DNA of 36,365 bases from an uncultured Lachnospiraceae bacterium (GTDB lineage Bacteria > Bacillota > Clostridia > Oscillospirales > CAG-272): contig CAZERM010000007.1 of the NCBI GenBank assembly GCA_964514555.1, positions 1 to 36,365 of the forward strand. The letters are read 5' to 3'. Positions within the stretch are counted from its first letter, which is position 1; every line of letters starts with the position of its first letter. Made by a program: the position numbers and the translations under genes. The notes beneath the pieces were generated by a model that searched no databases, had not been told where the DNA came from, and saw only the letters and a program-made list of their open reading frames with translations. Shown here in pieces: positions 18,907 through 27,724 of the stretch.

Positions 18907-19095
18907 TTTGGATAATTGCCTTTCTGTATAACAAATGCCTTTTGGCACGATGTTTTTGTTTTTGTTGATTTTCATTACAGCATGATATAAAAAATCATTT
19001 TAATTATAACACATTCAACTTAGCTTTTCCACAGTTAAATAAGAAAATTCATAATATATTTTCATTTTTTTCTTCTTTGTTATCGCACAAAATAA

Positions 19096-19154
19096 AAATA
19101 CCCTGCCGTCCGTCGCATCGTGCTTTAAGATATGCGGAAAGCAGGGTATATTTT
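19096..19154 (-). terminator. Terminator-like hairpin after spoIVA
   Basis: AAAATACCCTGC...GCAGGGTATATTTT with an inner CGCAT..ATGCG stem. Confidence 0.6.
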
Positions 19155-20626
19155 TATAAAATTATGCAGACAAGACCGCCCGCACCCTCGTTTATAACAC
19201 GCTGTAATGTTTCGGAAAGGCGCGCTCTGGCATCGTCGGGCATATGCGAAAGCTTTGTGTGCAAGCCCTCGTTCACAAGTTCATAGAGCGATTTTCCGAG
19301 CATATTCGTCTCCCATATCTTTTGCGGATCCGTCTCAAATTCCCGCAAAAGAAAATTGACAAGCTCCTCGGACTGCGCCTCTGTGCCGACTATCGGCGAG
19401 ACCTCCGTTTTTATGTCGGCTTTTATCATGTGTATGGACGGTGCGCTTGCGCGGAGCTGAACACCGTAGCCGCCGCTCTTTTTGACTATCTCGGGTTCTT
19501 CGAGCTTTAAGTCGTATATATCGGGCACAACTATTCCGTAACCTGTCGCGTTGACCTCCTCGAGCGCTTGCGCCACTTTGTCATATTTCTTTTTCGCCTG
19601 TGCAAATTCCGCAAGGGTTGACATGAGCATGGCATCATCCGTTATCTCGGTGCCCGTAACATCGCTTATCAAACGATAAAAAAGACCGTCTTTCGCCGTT
19701 ACGAGTATTTCTGCCTTGCCTGTGCCGAGGTCGAGCTTTGTAACATAAGAATTTTTTATATTTTCGTTTTCCGATGCCGCGGAAAATGCGGAGGAGATGT
19801 CCCCTGTAACCTTTATATTTTCGGCGCATTCGGTTATCGTCGCAAAAACGCTTTTGTATATGGGGTGCTCGGGTTCAAGAGAAGCGATGAACGAGGGCAA
19901 TTCAACATTTATCTCGCTCACGGGAAATTCCATCAAAACAAGCTCCAATATGTGTCCGATATCCTCTTTGTTAAGCTCAAGACAGTTTACAAGAGCCACG
20001 GGAGCCTTATATTTTTTCTCCATCTCAAGAGCGAGCTCCACCGCCTGCTCCGATTCGGGATGAGCGGAATTCAGCACGATGACGAACGGCTTATTTATCT
20101 CGTGAAGCTCGTTTGCAACTCTCGCCTCCGCCGCCTCATAATTTCCGCGCGATATCTCGCCGAAAGAGCCGTCGCACGTTACAAGCACGCCGATGGTCGC
20201 GTGTTCGCGGATAACTTTTTCCGTGCCTATCTCCGCGGCACGGTCAAACGGCATACTTTCGTCCGACCAAGGAGTCATGACCATGCGAAGCTCGCCGTTT
20301 TCGTAATTTCCGAGCGCTTCGGGCACGATATATCCGACGCAGTCTATCATCTTGCATGAAAAATGTTCACCGCCGTCGAGCGTAACGCTAACAGCTTCAT
20401 CGGGGATGAACTTAGGCTCCGTCGTCATGACGGTCTTTCCTGCGGCAGACTGCGGCATCTCGTCCTTGGCTCGCTTTTTATCATAATCATCGGAGATATT
20501 CGGGACGATTATCGTTTCCATAAATTTTTTTATAAATGTGGATTTGCCTGTTCTCACTGGCCCCACCACACCTATGTAGATATCGCCCGAGGTTCGAGTC
20601 GCGATATCGCGGTAAATATTGCTCAT
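19154..20626 (-). CDS. spoIVA: Stage IV sporulation protein A (spore-coat ATPase)
   Basis: IYRDIATRTSGDIYIGVVGPVRTGKSTFIK, MTTEPKF and the C-terminal GGLVCIIL; ATG 20626 follows GGAGG. Confidence 0.97.
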   Translation of the reverse strand: MSNIYRDIATRTSGDIYIGVVGPVRTGKSTFIKKFMETIIVPNISDDYDKKRAKDEMPQSAAGKTVMTTEPKFIPDEAVSVTLDGGEHFSCKMIDCVGYIVPEALGNYENGELRMVMTPWSDESMPFDRAAEIGTEKVIREHATIGVLVTCDGSFGEISRGNYEAAEARVANELHEINKPFVIVLNSAHPESEQAVELALEMEKKYKAPVALVNCLELNKEDIGHILELVLMEFPVSEINVELPSFIASLEPEHPIYKSVFATITECAENIKVTGDISSAFSAASENENIKNSYVTKLDLGTGKAEILVTAKDGLFYRLISDVTGTEITDDAMLMSTLAEFAQAKKKYDKVAQALEEVNATGYGIVVPDIYDLKLEEPEIVKKSGGYGVQLRASAPSIHMIKADIKTEVSPIVGTEAQSEELVNFLLREFETDPQKIWETNMLGKSLYELVNEGLHTKLSHMPDDARARLSETLQRVINEGAGGLVCIIL

Positions 20627-20664
20627 TTTTGTATCCTCCAAATATAGTTTTTCTTTATAGAAAA

Positions 20665-20691
20665 ATATATTAAAAAGAACAAAGAAATATG
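20665..20691 (-). promoter_or_regulatory. Putative sigma-E-like promoter for spoIVA
   Basis: Minus strand reads GCATATT-N14-AATATAT, close to the B. subtilis sigma-E consensus; spoIVA is sigma-E-dependent in B. subtilis. Confidence 0.4.
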
Positions 20692-20746
20692 CTTGGCTCG
20701 AACCGCATCTATGGCACAATTCTTACGATATAACAACAAAATATTT

Positions 20747-21045
20747 GTAGGGCAAGGGCTTGCTCCTGCCGCAAAACCTTCTCCGGTGTGAGAAAGTGGC
20801 AGCCGAAGGCTGACGGATGAGGTGCTACTTTTCTATAAGTTTTTCTTTATCCTCTTTGGCGAATCGCATCGAAAATTTGAATATCATCAAATGCGACTCC
20901 CCGAAAGGCGCCACTCTCGGAACCGCGCCGCATGGCATGAGTCGAAAGGTTTGGCTTTTAGCCGAGAGCCTTTAATGCATGGTTCGCACTCTATCAATGA
21001 CAAAATCATTGCAATTGGACACGGGCGACCACAGGTCGCCCATAC
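20747..21045. repeat. Cluster of REP-like palindromes and structured DNA
   Basis: GTAG-GGCAAGGGCTTGCTCCTGCC (20747-20772); CCTTCTCC..GAGAAAG-TGGCAGCCGAAGGCTGACGGATGAGG (20776-20822); oppositely oriented GTAT-GGGCGACCTGTGGTCGCCCGT (21021-21045). Confidence 0.55.
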
Positions 21046-21114
21046 GGATGGTAATACAAATAAATATGTGTTTGAATCGAAGTTGCGGCGTTGATAGACT
21101 TTATTTCAGCAAAC

Positions 21115-21142
21115 AAAAGCCATGACCTTTCGATCATGGCTT
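21115..21142 (-). terminator. Terminator after glmS
   Basis: AAAAGCCATGA-CCTTTCGA-TCATGGCTT. Confidence 0.7.
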
Positions 21143-21154
21143 AAAGTTAGGCTT

Positions 21155-22978
21155 TTATTCCACCGTAACGGATTTTGCAAGATTGCGAGGCTTATCTACA
21201 TTGCAACCGCGCATATTTGCAACATGATATGCCAAAAGTTGTGTTGCCGTAGCCGCAAGGATGGGGCTTATAAGCTCATCAACTTCGGGAAGTTCAAATA
21301 TGCGTTTTGCATCGTCCGCCGCAAGTCCCGAGCCGCAGATGAGGTATATCTCTCCGCCGCGCGCCATTACTTCGCGCATATTGCTGAGCGTTTTTTCGGA
21401 TGTTGCGCTCTGCGTTGCAAGCGTTACAACAGGCATTCCGTCCGTGATAAGCGATATCGTGCCGTGCTTCAACTCGCCTGCGGAATATGCTTCTGCGTGG
21501 ATATATGATATCTCTTTGAGTTTGAGTGAGCCTTCCATTGCGATGTATGCATCAACACCTCTGCCGATGAAAAACATATTCTCCGCAGATCTGATGTCTT
21601 CCGCGCTCTGCTTTATCTCGTCCTCACGAGCGATAACTTCGCCGAGTTTACCGGGGAGATCTTCGCAGAATATGCGTGTGTAATGTTCTGCTTCTTCCTT
21701 TGTGAAAGTTCCGCGCAATTCGCCGAGATATATCGTGAACAAGCCGAGGAGAGATGTCTGAACGGTATATGCCTTCGTGCTCGCAACGGCAATTTCGGGG
21801 CCTGCATATGTGTAGAGCACATAGTCCGCTTCGCGCGCGATAGTGGAGGCGAGGACATTTACAAATGCTATCGTATATATGCCACGCTCTTTTGCAAGTC
21901 TTACTGCGGCGATGGAATCTGCCGTTTCGCCCGACTGAGATATAACGAGAACAGCTGTGTCATCGTCGAGAATCGGGTTGCCGTAACGGAACTCGGAGGC
22001 TATCTCTACGAAAACAGGTATACGTAAGAATTTTTCTATCATGAATTTTGCGTAAAGTCCTGCGTGCATAGCCGTTCCGCAAGCAACTATATGGATAGAA
22101 GAAAGCTTTTTGAGCTTTTCTTCGTCAAGTCCGTCCGCAGCGAAGTTCAGCTTTCCGCTTTTTATATGAGGACGAAGCGTGCGCTCAACAGCCTCTTTTT
22201 CTTCGTTTATCTCTTTGAGCATGAAATGAGCATAACCGCCCTTTTCTGCCTGAGCGGCGTCGAATTGCGCCGTCTTGACCTCTTTTTCGACCTTGTTGAG
22301 CGTTGCGTCGAAAACTTCCGCGCCGGTTGCCGTTATGCGAACTATCTCGCCGTCGTTCAACATGATATGTTTTTTCGTGTGGGCAAGAAACGCCGTAATA
22401 TCGGAAGCAAGGAACGTGCCGTCATCACTTATGCCGAGCAAAAGTGGGCTGTCTTTCTTTGCGCCGTATATCTCGTTCTTTCTGTCCGCAAAGATGATGC
22501 CGAAAGCGTAAGAGCCACGCAAGCGAGTCGTTGCCTTTGCGATGGCGCGGATTGGGTCTTCTTCTTCTTTGTAGCAAGCATCGATAAGAGCGGCAGCGAC
22601 CTCCGTGTCCGTTTCGGAAGCGAATATGTAGCCCTGATCCTCAAGGTCCGCTTTAAGCTCCCTGTAATTTTCTATGATACCGTTGTGAACGAGCACAACT
22701 TCGCCGATACGGTGAGGATGAGCGTTGCGCTCCGAGGGTTCGCCATGTGTCGCCCAACGTGTGTGTGCGATACCGCATTTTTCTTCGTTTTCCGCAACGG
22801 TCTCGAGCTTCTTTTCAAGGTTGATCATTCCGCCTTTGGAGCGAACGATGTTTATGCTATCTTCTTCTGCCAACGCAACACCTGCGGAGTCATATCCGCG
22901 ATATTCAAGGGCATAAAGACCGCCTATGAGACGTGCGCGGCAATTTTCACTTCCTGTAAAGCCGATTATTCCGCACAT
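21155..22978 (-). CDS. glmS: Glutamine--fructose-6-phosphate aminotransferase
   Basis: N-terminal MCGI, HTRWATHG, SQSGETAD and the C-terminal PRNLAKSVTVE. Confidence 0.98.
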   Translation of the reverse strand: MCGIIGFTGSENCRARLIGGLYALEYRGYDSAGVALAEEDSINIVRSKGGMINLEKKLETVAENEEKCGIAHTRWATHGEPSERNAHPHRIGEVVLVHNGIIENYRELKADLEDQGYIFASETDTEVAAALIDACYKEEEDPIRAIAKATTRLRGSYAFGIIFADRKNEIYGAKKDSPLLLGISDDGTFLASDITAFLAHTKKHIMLNDGEIVRITATGAEVFDATLNKVEKEVKTAQFDAAQAEKGGYAHFMLKEINEEKEAVERTLRPHIKSGKLNFAADGLDEEKLKKLSSIHIVACGTAMHAGLYAKFMIEKFLRIPVFVEIASEFRYGNPILDDDTAVLVISQSGETADSIAAVRLAKERGIYTIAFVNVLASTIAREADYVLYTYAGPEIAVASTKAYTVQTSLLGLFTIYLGELRGTFTKEEAEHYTRIFCEDLPGKLGEVIAREDEIKQSAEDIRSAENMFFIGRGVDAYIAMEGSLKLKEISYIHAEAYSAGELKHGTISLITDGMPVVTLATQSATSEKTLSNMREVMARGGEIYLICGSGLAADDAKRIFELPEVDELISPILAATATQLLAYHVANMRGCNVDKPRNLAKSVTVE

Positions 22979-23059
22979 ATCGTGTATATGTCATATCCTG
23001 CAAATATATTTTTGCAGGATAACCTTTCTTCATTTTTTCTTTTTATGATTCTTTTTATA

Positions 23060-24421
23060 TCAGTTCACTCCGGACAAAGCCGCAGTTATATTTTCAACCA
23101 TATCCGTAACTATCTTATCTACGAGTTCGAGGTCATCACCCTCTGCCATTATACGGATGAGCGGTTCTGTACCGGAGGGACGAACGACAACTCTGCCTGT
23201 TTTGCCAAGGGTGTTCTTTGCGTTATCCAAGATCTCGCGAACGCGATCGTTCGTGTAAAATTCGAGCTTCTGCTCGTGGTTCGCCGTAATATTCTTTGTT
23301 ATCTGGGGGTAAAGCTTCATAACATTCGTTGCTTCGGAAAGCGTTATGCCCTTGCGGCAAAGCACGGAAAGGAGCTGTACCGCCGTAAGTTCGCCATCGC
23401 CCGTCGTTGCAAAGTCGCGGAAGATGATATGACCCGACTGTTCGCCGCCGAAGTAGTAATCTTCCATTATCATCTTTTCGAGAACGTATCTGTCGCCTAC
23501 TTTTGTGCGGAAGAAATTGATCCCGTTATCTTCGCAGAATTTGCCGAGGCCGAAGTTTGACACGATGGTTCCGACGATCGCATTACCCGTGAGTCTGCCG
23601 CGCTCTTTCATATCGAGCGCAATTATAGCCATTATCATATCGCCGTCTACGATATTACCCTTTTCATCTACGCAAAGGCAACGGTCCGCATCGCCGTCAA
23701 ATGCAACGCCTGCGAAAAGTCCGTGTTCAACAACGTATTTCTGCAAATTTTCAATATGAGTGGAGCCGCAATCTTCGTTGATGTTAAAACCATCGGGCGT
23801 GCAGGAGATCATATGGCATTTTGCGCCGAGGGATGTAAGGAGTTCTTCTGCCGTTGCGGAAGCGGAACCGTTTGCACAATCGACCGCTATCTCTATGCCA
23901 TCGAGAGAATAGAGCACGGAGGAGCGAACGTGAGCAATATAATCTTTGAGCGCATCCTTGGAGTATGTTACAGTGCCGATCTGGTCGGGTTCAACCGTTT
24001 TGAGAAGCTCGGGTGTATCGAGAACAAGCTCCTCTACTCTTTCTTCAAGCTCGTCTGCAAGCTTCATGCCTGAATCGTTGAAAGCTTTGATACCGTTGAA
24101 CTTGCTGGGGTTATGAGAAGCGGATATCATGATGCCCGCGTGAGCTTTATATTTATCTATAAGGTACGCTACCGCAGGGGTAGGCACCACACCGAGGTTT
24201 ATAACATCCATGCCTGCGGAGCAAAGTCCCGCGCTTATGGCATTTGCGAGCATTTCGCTCGATTGTCTTGTGTCCATACCGAGCACTACTGTGCCGTATT
24301 TATTATGACGTCCCTTACCGATGACCATGGCGATAGCTCTGCCGAGCTGCATCGCAAGATCGCAAGTAAGCTCTTTGTTCGCAACACCGCGAACGCCGTC
24401 TGTACCGAAAAGTCTGCCCAT
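23060..24421 (-). CDS. glmM: Phosphoglucosamine mutase
   Basis: LFGTDGVRG, SASHNP phosphoserine loop, DGDADR, GGEQSGH and RPSGTEP motifs. Confidence 0.96.
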   Translation of the reverse strand: MGRLFGTDGVRGVANKELTCDLAMQLGRAIAMVIGKGRHNKYGTVVLGMDTRQSSEMLANAISAGLCSAGMDVINLGVVPTPAVAYLIDKYKAHAGIMISASHNPSKFNGIKAFNDSGMKLADELEERVEELVLDTPELLKTVEPDQIGTVTYSKDALKDYIAHVRSSVLYSLDGIEIAVDCANGSASATAEELLTSLGAKCHMISCTPDGFNINEDCGSTHIENLQKYVVEHGLFAGVAFDGDADRCLCVDEKGNIVDGDMIMAIIALDMKERGRLTGNAIVGTIVSNFGLGKFCEDNGINFFRTKVGDRYVLEKMIMEDYYFGGEQSGHIIFRDFATTGDGELTAVQLLSVLCRKGITLSEATNVMKLYPQITKNITANHEQKLEFYTNDRVREILDNAKNTLGKTGRVVVRPSGTEPLIRIMAEGDDLELVDKIVTDMVENITAALSGVN

Positions 24422-24456
24422 TGTTTACCTCTTTTCCGAACGCTTTTGCGTTCTGT

Positions 24457-25122
24457 TTAAATTTTTTTGACGATCAAGCCGTCTTTTTTATATATGCTGT
24501 TTTCCGCCACAACGCCGCGAACGCAGGATGTGGGGTATACAGTGGAATTTTTGCATATGATACTGCCGGGGCAAAGCACGCTGTTGCAGCCCACTTCAAC
24601 ATTATCGCCGAGCATAGCGCCCACTTTTTTGCGCTCCGTGGGTATGTTTTCGCCCTCGTTTTTGATGACCACAAGGGTCTTATCACTTTTTACGTTGGAT
24701 GTTACGGAGCCAGCGCCCATGTGAGACTTATATCCCAAAACGGAATCCCCCACATAGTTGAAATGAGGCACCTGAACGCTGTCGAATATGATGCAATTTT
24801 TAAGCTCGCAGGAGTTGCCGACCACGCTTCCCTTGCCCACTATCGCAGAACCGCGGATATAAGCGCAATGGCGTATCTCTGCGCCGCTGTCAATGATGCA
24901 GGGGCCGTTTACAACGGCTGTGGGCGCGATAGTCGCGTCTTTTGCTATCCATACGTTCTCGCTCGTCATTGTATATTTATCTTCGGGAAGTGTCTTTCCA
25001 AGCTCCACGATAAAGTCTGATATCTTCGCCAACACCTCCCAAGGATATGTTGCGCCGTCGAATATCTTTTCCGCTATCGTATGACCGCTTTCCCAAAGCG
25101 ATGATATCTTAATGTCTGCCAT
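24457..25122 (-). CDS. Stand-alone GlmU-like hexapeptide-repeat acetyltransferase (probable glucosamine-1-phosphate N-acetyltransferase)
   Basis: Left-handed beta-helix repeats with GNSCELKN, HFNYVGDS.LG, GAGSVTSN and KKVGAMLGD; no N-terminal uridyltransferase domain; sits upstream of glmM-glmS. Confidence 0.8.
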   Translation of the reverse strand: MADIKISSLWESGHTIAEKIFDGATYPWEVLAKISDFIVELGKTLPEDKYTMTSENVWIAKDATIAPTAVVNGPCIIDSGAEIRHCAYIRGSAIVGKGSVVGNSCELKNCIIFDSVQVPHFNYVGDSVLGYKSHMGAGSVTSNVKSDKTLVVIKNEGENIPTERKKVGAMLGDNVEVGCNSVLCPGSIICKNSTVYPTSCVRGVVAENSIYKKDGLIVKKI

Positions 25123-25225
25123 GTTCCTTTTCTCCTTTCAAAAGTGCAAATATGATACCGAAATATATAAAAAAACGCTGCAAAAAAAATATATCTCTAT
25201 ACCGTTTTTGCAGCTGTCTTTTATA

Positions 25226-25302
25226 TGGCGCGCCCGATTGGATTCGAACCAACGGCCTATCGCTTAGGAGGCGATCGCTCTATCCTACTGAGCTACGGGC
25301 GC
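25226..25302 (-). tRNA. tRNA-Arg, anticodon CCT
   Basis: GCGCCCGTAGCTCAGTAGGATAGAGCGATCGCCTCCTAAGCGATAGGCCGTTGGTTCGAATCCAATCGGGCGCGCCA folds as a cloverleaf with anticodon loop CTCCTAA, a TTCGAAT T-loop and an encoded CCA. Confidence 0.97.
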
Positions 25303-25365
25303 AAATATTTTATAACAACACCGCCCCGCCCTTTCGGGCGGTTTGGTATATATTATGCTGTATTA

Positions 25366-26781
25366 TTATTTTTTGTTTATATTTTTTGCGTTTTCTTCGG
25401 AAATTATATCTTTTTCTTCGGATATATCCGAGTTTTCGGACTCTGCCGCTTCATTTGAAGCTTCTTCGTCTTCGTGATGTCCTTCGCTTTCTTTATGCTC
25501 TTCTATCGTATGCTCAATGAAAACGAACATAGATTTTATTCTTGCGAAGATGGAGGGGCGATTCTTTTTTCTTTCTTCCGCTTCCATGCGTTCGATCTCT
25601 ATCTCTTTGCCGACGCCATCAGAATAATATTCGATGATATCGGGGCTCATATCTTTCTTTTTGAGCTTATCTTCAACGGAGCTGTTGAACCAACCGTAAA
25701 TGAGCGCGAAAAGCGGAACACCTATTATCATGCCGATAAAGCCGAATATGCCCGACATGAGCGTGATGGCGATAACTATCCAAACAGAGGGAAGTTCCAA
25801 ATGTTCACCTATGATCTTCGGCGCTATGATGTTACCGTCTACCTGCTGAAGGATAAGTATTATAATCAAGAACCAGATGACCTTAATGGGGTCGGAGATG
25901 AATACGATAAATGCGGAGGGTATGGCACCGATGAACGGTCCGAATATCGGAATAAAGTTCGTTGCGCCGATGATGAGTGAGATGAGCGGATAATAAGGTA
26001 TGCCCACTATACTGCATATGATAAAGCACTCTATGCCGACAAGGAGCGAGTCAAACGCCATGGCAACGATATAGCCGCCGAACGAATTGTCCGCTTTTTT
26101 TATCGCTTTTACGATCCTTTGGTATTTCTTTTCGGAGAAGAAAGCGCTTACTATACGCTTGCCCTGTGCGATGAATACCTCTTTTTGCAAAAGAAAATAT
26201 ACGGAAAGGATAATACCCAAAGTAAAATCTTTTAAAAATGTTATGACACTACCCAATATTCCCGTAAGTCTTGGCATGATATATGCCAAAATATCGTCAA
26301 CGGCACCGATAAAACTGTTTATATATCCCGCAAGCTTTTCTACCAGACCGGAGAAAATGCCATTGTTTTCGGCAAAGCTCGTGAGCCACTTTTGAACCGC
26401 GGCTATATAATGAGGGATATTGTTTTTAAGGTCCATTATGCCTGCCCATACCTGAGGGAAAAGGATAAGAACAAAAACGACCATCGCCACGAGCACGACG
26501 ATATATGTGCAAAGGACGGAGAGAGCGCGTTTGAGCTTCATTTTTCCTTTCTTTTTATCAAGAAAACGGAAAACTTTTTTTTCGAACAGCAACAATATTC
26601 TGTTGAGTATATATGCTATTACTATTCCGTACAGGATGGGATTGAATACTCTCAAAAGGTCTTTTGTGCCGCCTATGATATCAACGTGCAACAAGAAAAA
26701 TACGCAGACGATTGCAAACAACACCACGATACAGGCGTATTTAACTATCTTACCGTATTTTTTGTCCCATTCAAATTTCAT
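25366..26781 (-). CDS. AI-2E family transporter (PerM/UPF0118)
   Basis: Multi-TM; IAYILN, NFIPIFGPFIG, QQVDGNIIAPKIIG and GMIIGVP motifs. Confidence 0.92.
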   Translation of the reverse strand: MKFEWDKKYGKIVKYACIVVLFAIVCVFFLLHVDIIGGTKDLLRVFNPILYGIVIAYILNRILLLFEKKVFRFLDKKKGKMKLKRALSVLCTYIVVLVAMVVFVLILFPQVWAGIMDLKNNIPHYIAAVQKWLTSFAENNGIFSGLVEKLAGYINSFIGAVDDILAYIMPRLTGILGSVITFLKDFTLGIILSVYFLLQKEVFIAQGKRIVSAFFSEKKYQRIVKAIKKADNSFGGYIVAMAFDSLLVGIECFIICSIVGIPYYPLISLIIGATNFIPIFGPFIGAIPSAFIVFISDPIKVIWFLIIILILQQVDGNIIAPKIIGEHLELPSVWIVIAITLMSGIFGFIGMIIGVPLFALIYGWFNSSVEDKLKKKDMSPDIIEYYSDGVGKEIEIERMEAEERKKNRPSIFARIKSMFVFIEHTIEEHKESEGHHEDEEASNEAAESENSDISEEKDIISEENAKNINKK

Positions 26782-26820
26782 TGGCGATCCTCTTTCAAAT
26801 ATATAGACTATATATTAAAT

Positions 26821-26849
26821 ATTTTATACTTATAAGTCGTTTTAGTCAA
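26821..26849 (-). promoter_or_regulatory. Sigma-A promoter for the AI-2E gene
   Basis: TTGACT-N17-TAAAAT. Confidence 0.6.
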
Positions 26850-26986
26850 GAGTTTTCTCTATGTTAAACGAAACAAAATTGCAAAAATTTTATTTTTTAT
26901 ATCTTTTCGGCTTCTTTTTGCCGAATCTTGGGCATAATATGTCCCTTTTGTGAACAAAATATGGCGATTTTTTCGGTTTGATGATG

Positions 26987-27025
26987 AAAAAGCCGACAAG
27001 ATCCTCGCCTTGTCGGCTCTCTTTT
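26987..27025 (-). terminator. Terminator at the end of the pot/LiaF-like operon
   Basis: AAAAAGCCGACAAG..CTTGTCGGCT hairpin. Confidence 0.7.
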
Positions 27026-27690
27026 TATACTTTGAATATCTTTATCTCGCCAAAATAGCATTTTGTTTCAAGACAAACGGGGATGCCGCTCTGATTTTCG
27101 GGAAAATCGTTCTTCACTTCGCCGAAAAAGGCATCTGATTTTTTAACCACCAGAGAAACGTTCGACGGAACATATATCTTAACGCTGCCGAAAGAACAGC
27201 TCACGCGGAAAGATCTGGTTTGGTTTATTATGGCGTTGGAAATGTCTATCTTCAATTCACCGAAAGAGCAGCTGTAATCTCCGCCATCAAAGACTTTGCC
27301 GTCGAAATTGACTTCGGGCTTTTTGCCGTCTATCTCGGGGCGAGATGCGTTTTCATTGGGTGTGTCTTTCTTTTTAAATGCGGAAAGAAGCACTTTTACG
27401 CCTATCACAACGATGATGATGGGAAACACGAGCTTCCAGGATATATATTTTCCTATCGGCTCTATGTGGTTCAAAAGGAGCACGACACCGATGATAAGAC
27501 CAATGACATTTCCCGTGTCGGGTCCGGATGTTGCCATCCCATAAAGGCAAGGCACGATTATAAATAATGTCCACCAACCGGGGAAGAAGATGCTTACATC
27601 CCATAGCTCCAAAGCGTTTCCGCAAAGGATGACACCGAGAGCAATTATTATCAAGCCCCAAAAAACGCTTGCAATAGTCTTTCTTTTCAT
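27025..27690 (-). CDS. LiaF-like membrane protein (4 TM plus C-terminal beta domain)
   Basis: WGLIIIALGV, GWWTLFII, and C-terminal FG...D / CSFG.V.IYVP / CYFGEIKI repeats. Confidence 0.7.
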   Translation of the reverse strand: MKRKTIASVFWGLIIIALGVILCGNALELWDVSIFFPGWWTLFIIVPCLYGMATSGPDTGNVIGLIIGVVLLLNHIEPIGKYISWKLVFPIIIVVIGVKVLLSAFKKKDTPNENASRPEIDGKKPEVNFDGKVFDGGDYSCSFGELKIDISNAIINQTRSFRVSCSFGSVKIYVPSNVSLVVKKSDAFFGEVKNDFPENQSGIPVCLETKCYFGEIKIFKV

Positions 27691-27724
27691 AAAAATGCCT
27701 CCTTATGATATTGATATTCTGTTT

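Noticed and set aside
18907-18975. Extended N-termini given by the ORF track for lon (and similarly spoIVA 20719, rpmB 6603, TspO-like 3647, potA 32203)
   Set aside because: Downstream ATGs match family N-termini and/or have better RBSs; the extensions overlap promoters or terminators.
20796-20825. Possible hammerhead ribozyme (CTGACGGATGAG)
   Set aside because: It does not match the CUGANGA...GAAA core with the required three stems and is better explained as a REP-like unit.
20822-21094. 90-aa ORF in the spoIVA-glmS spacer
   Set aside because: It runs through palindromic repeats, has no recognisable motif, and shows no transposase features.
25150-25302. tRNA-Arg as an integration site
   Set aside because: No integrase is present, no duplicated tRNA 3' end was noticed in the window, and housekeeping genes flank it.
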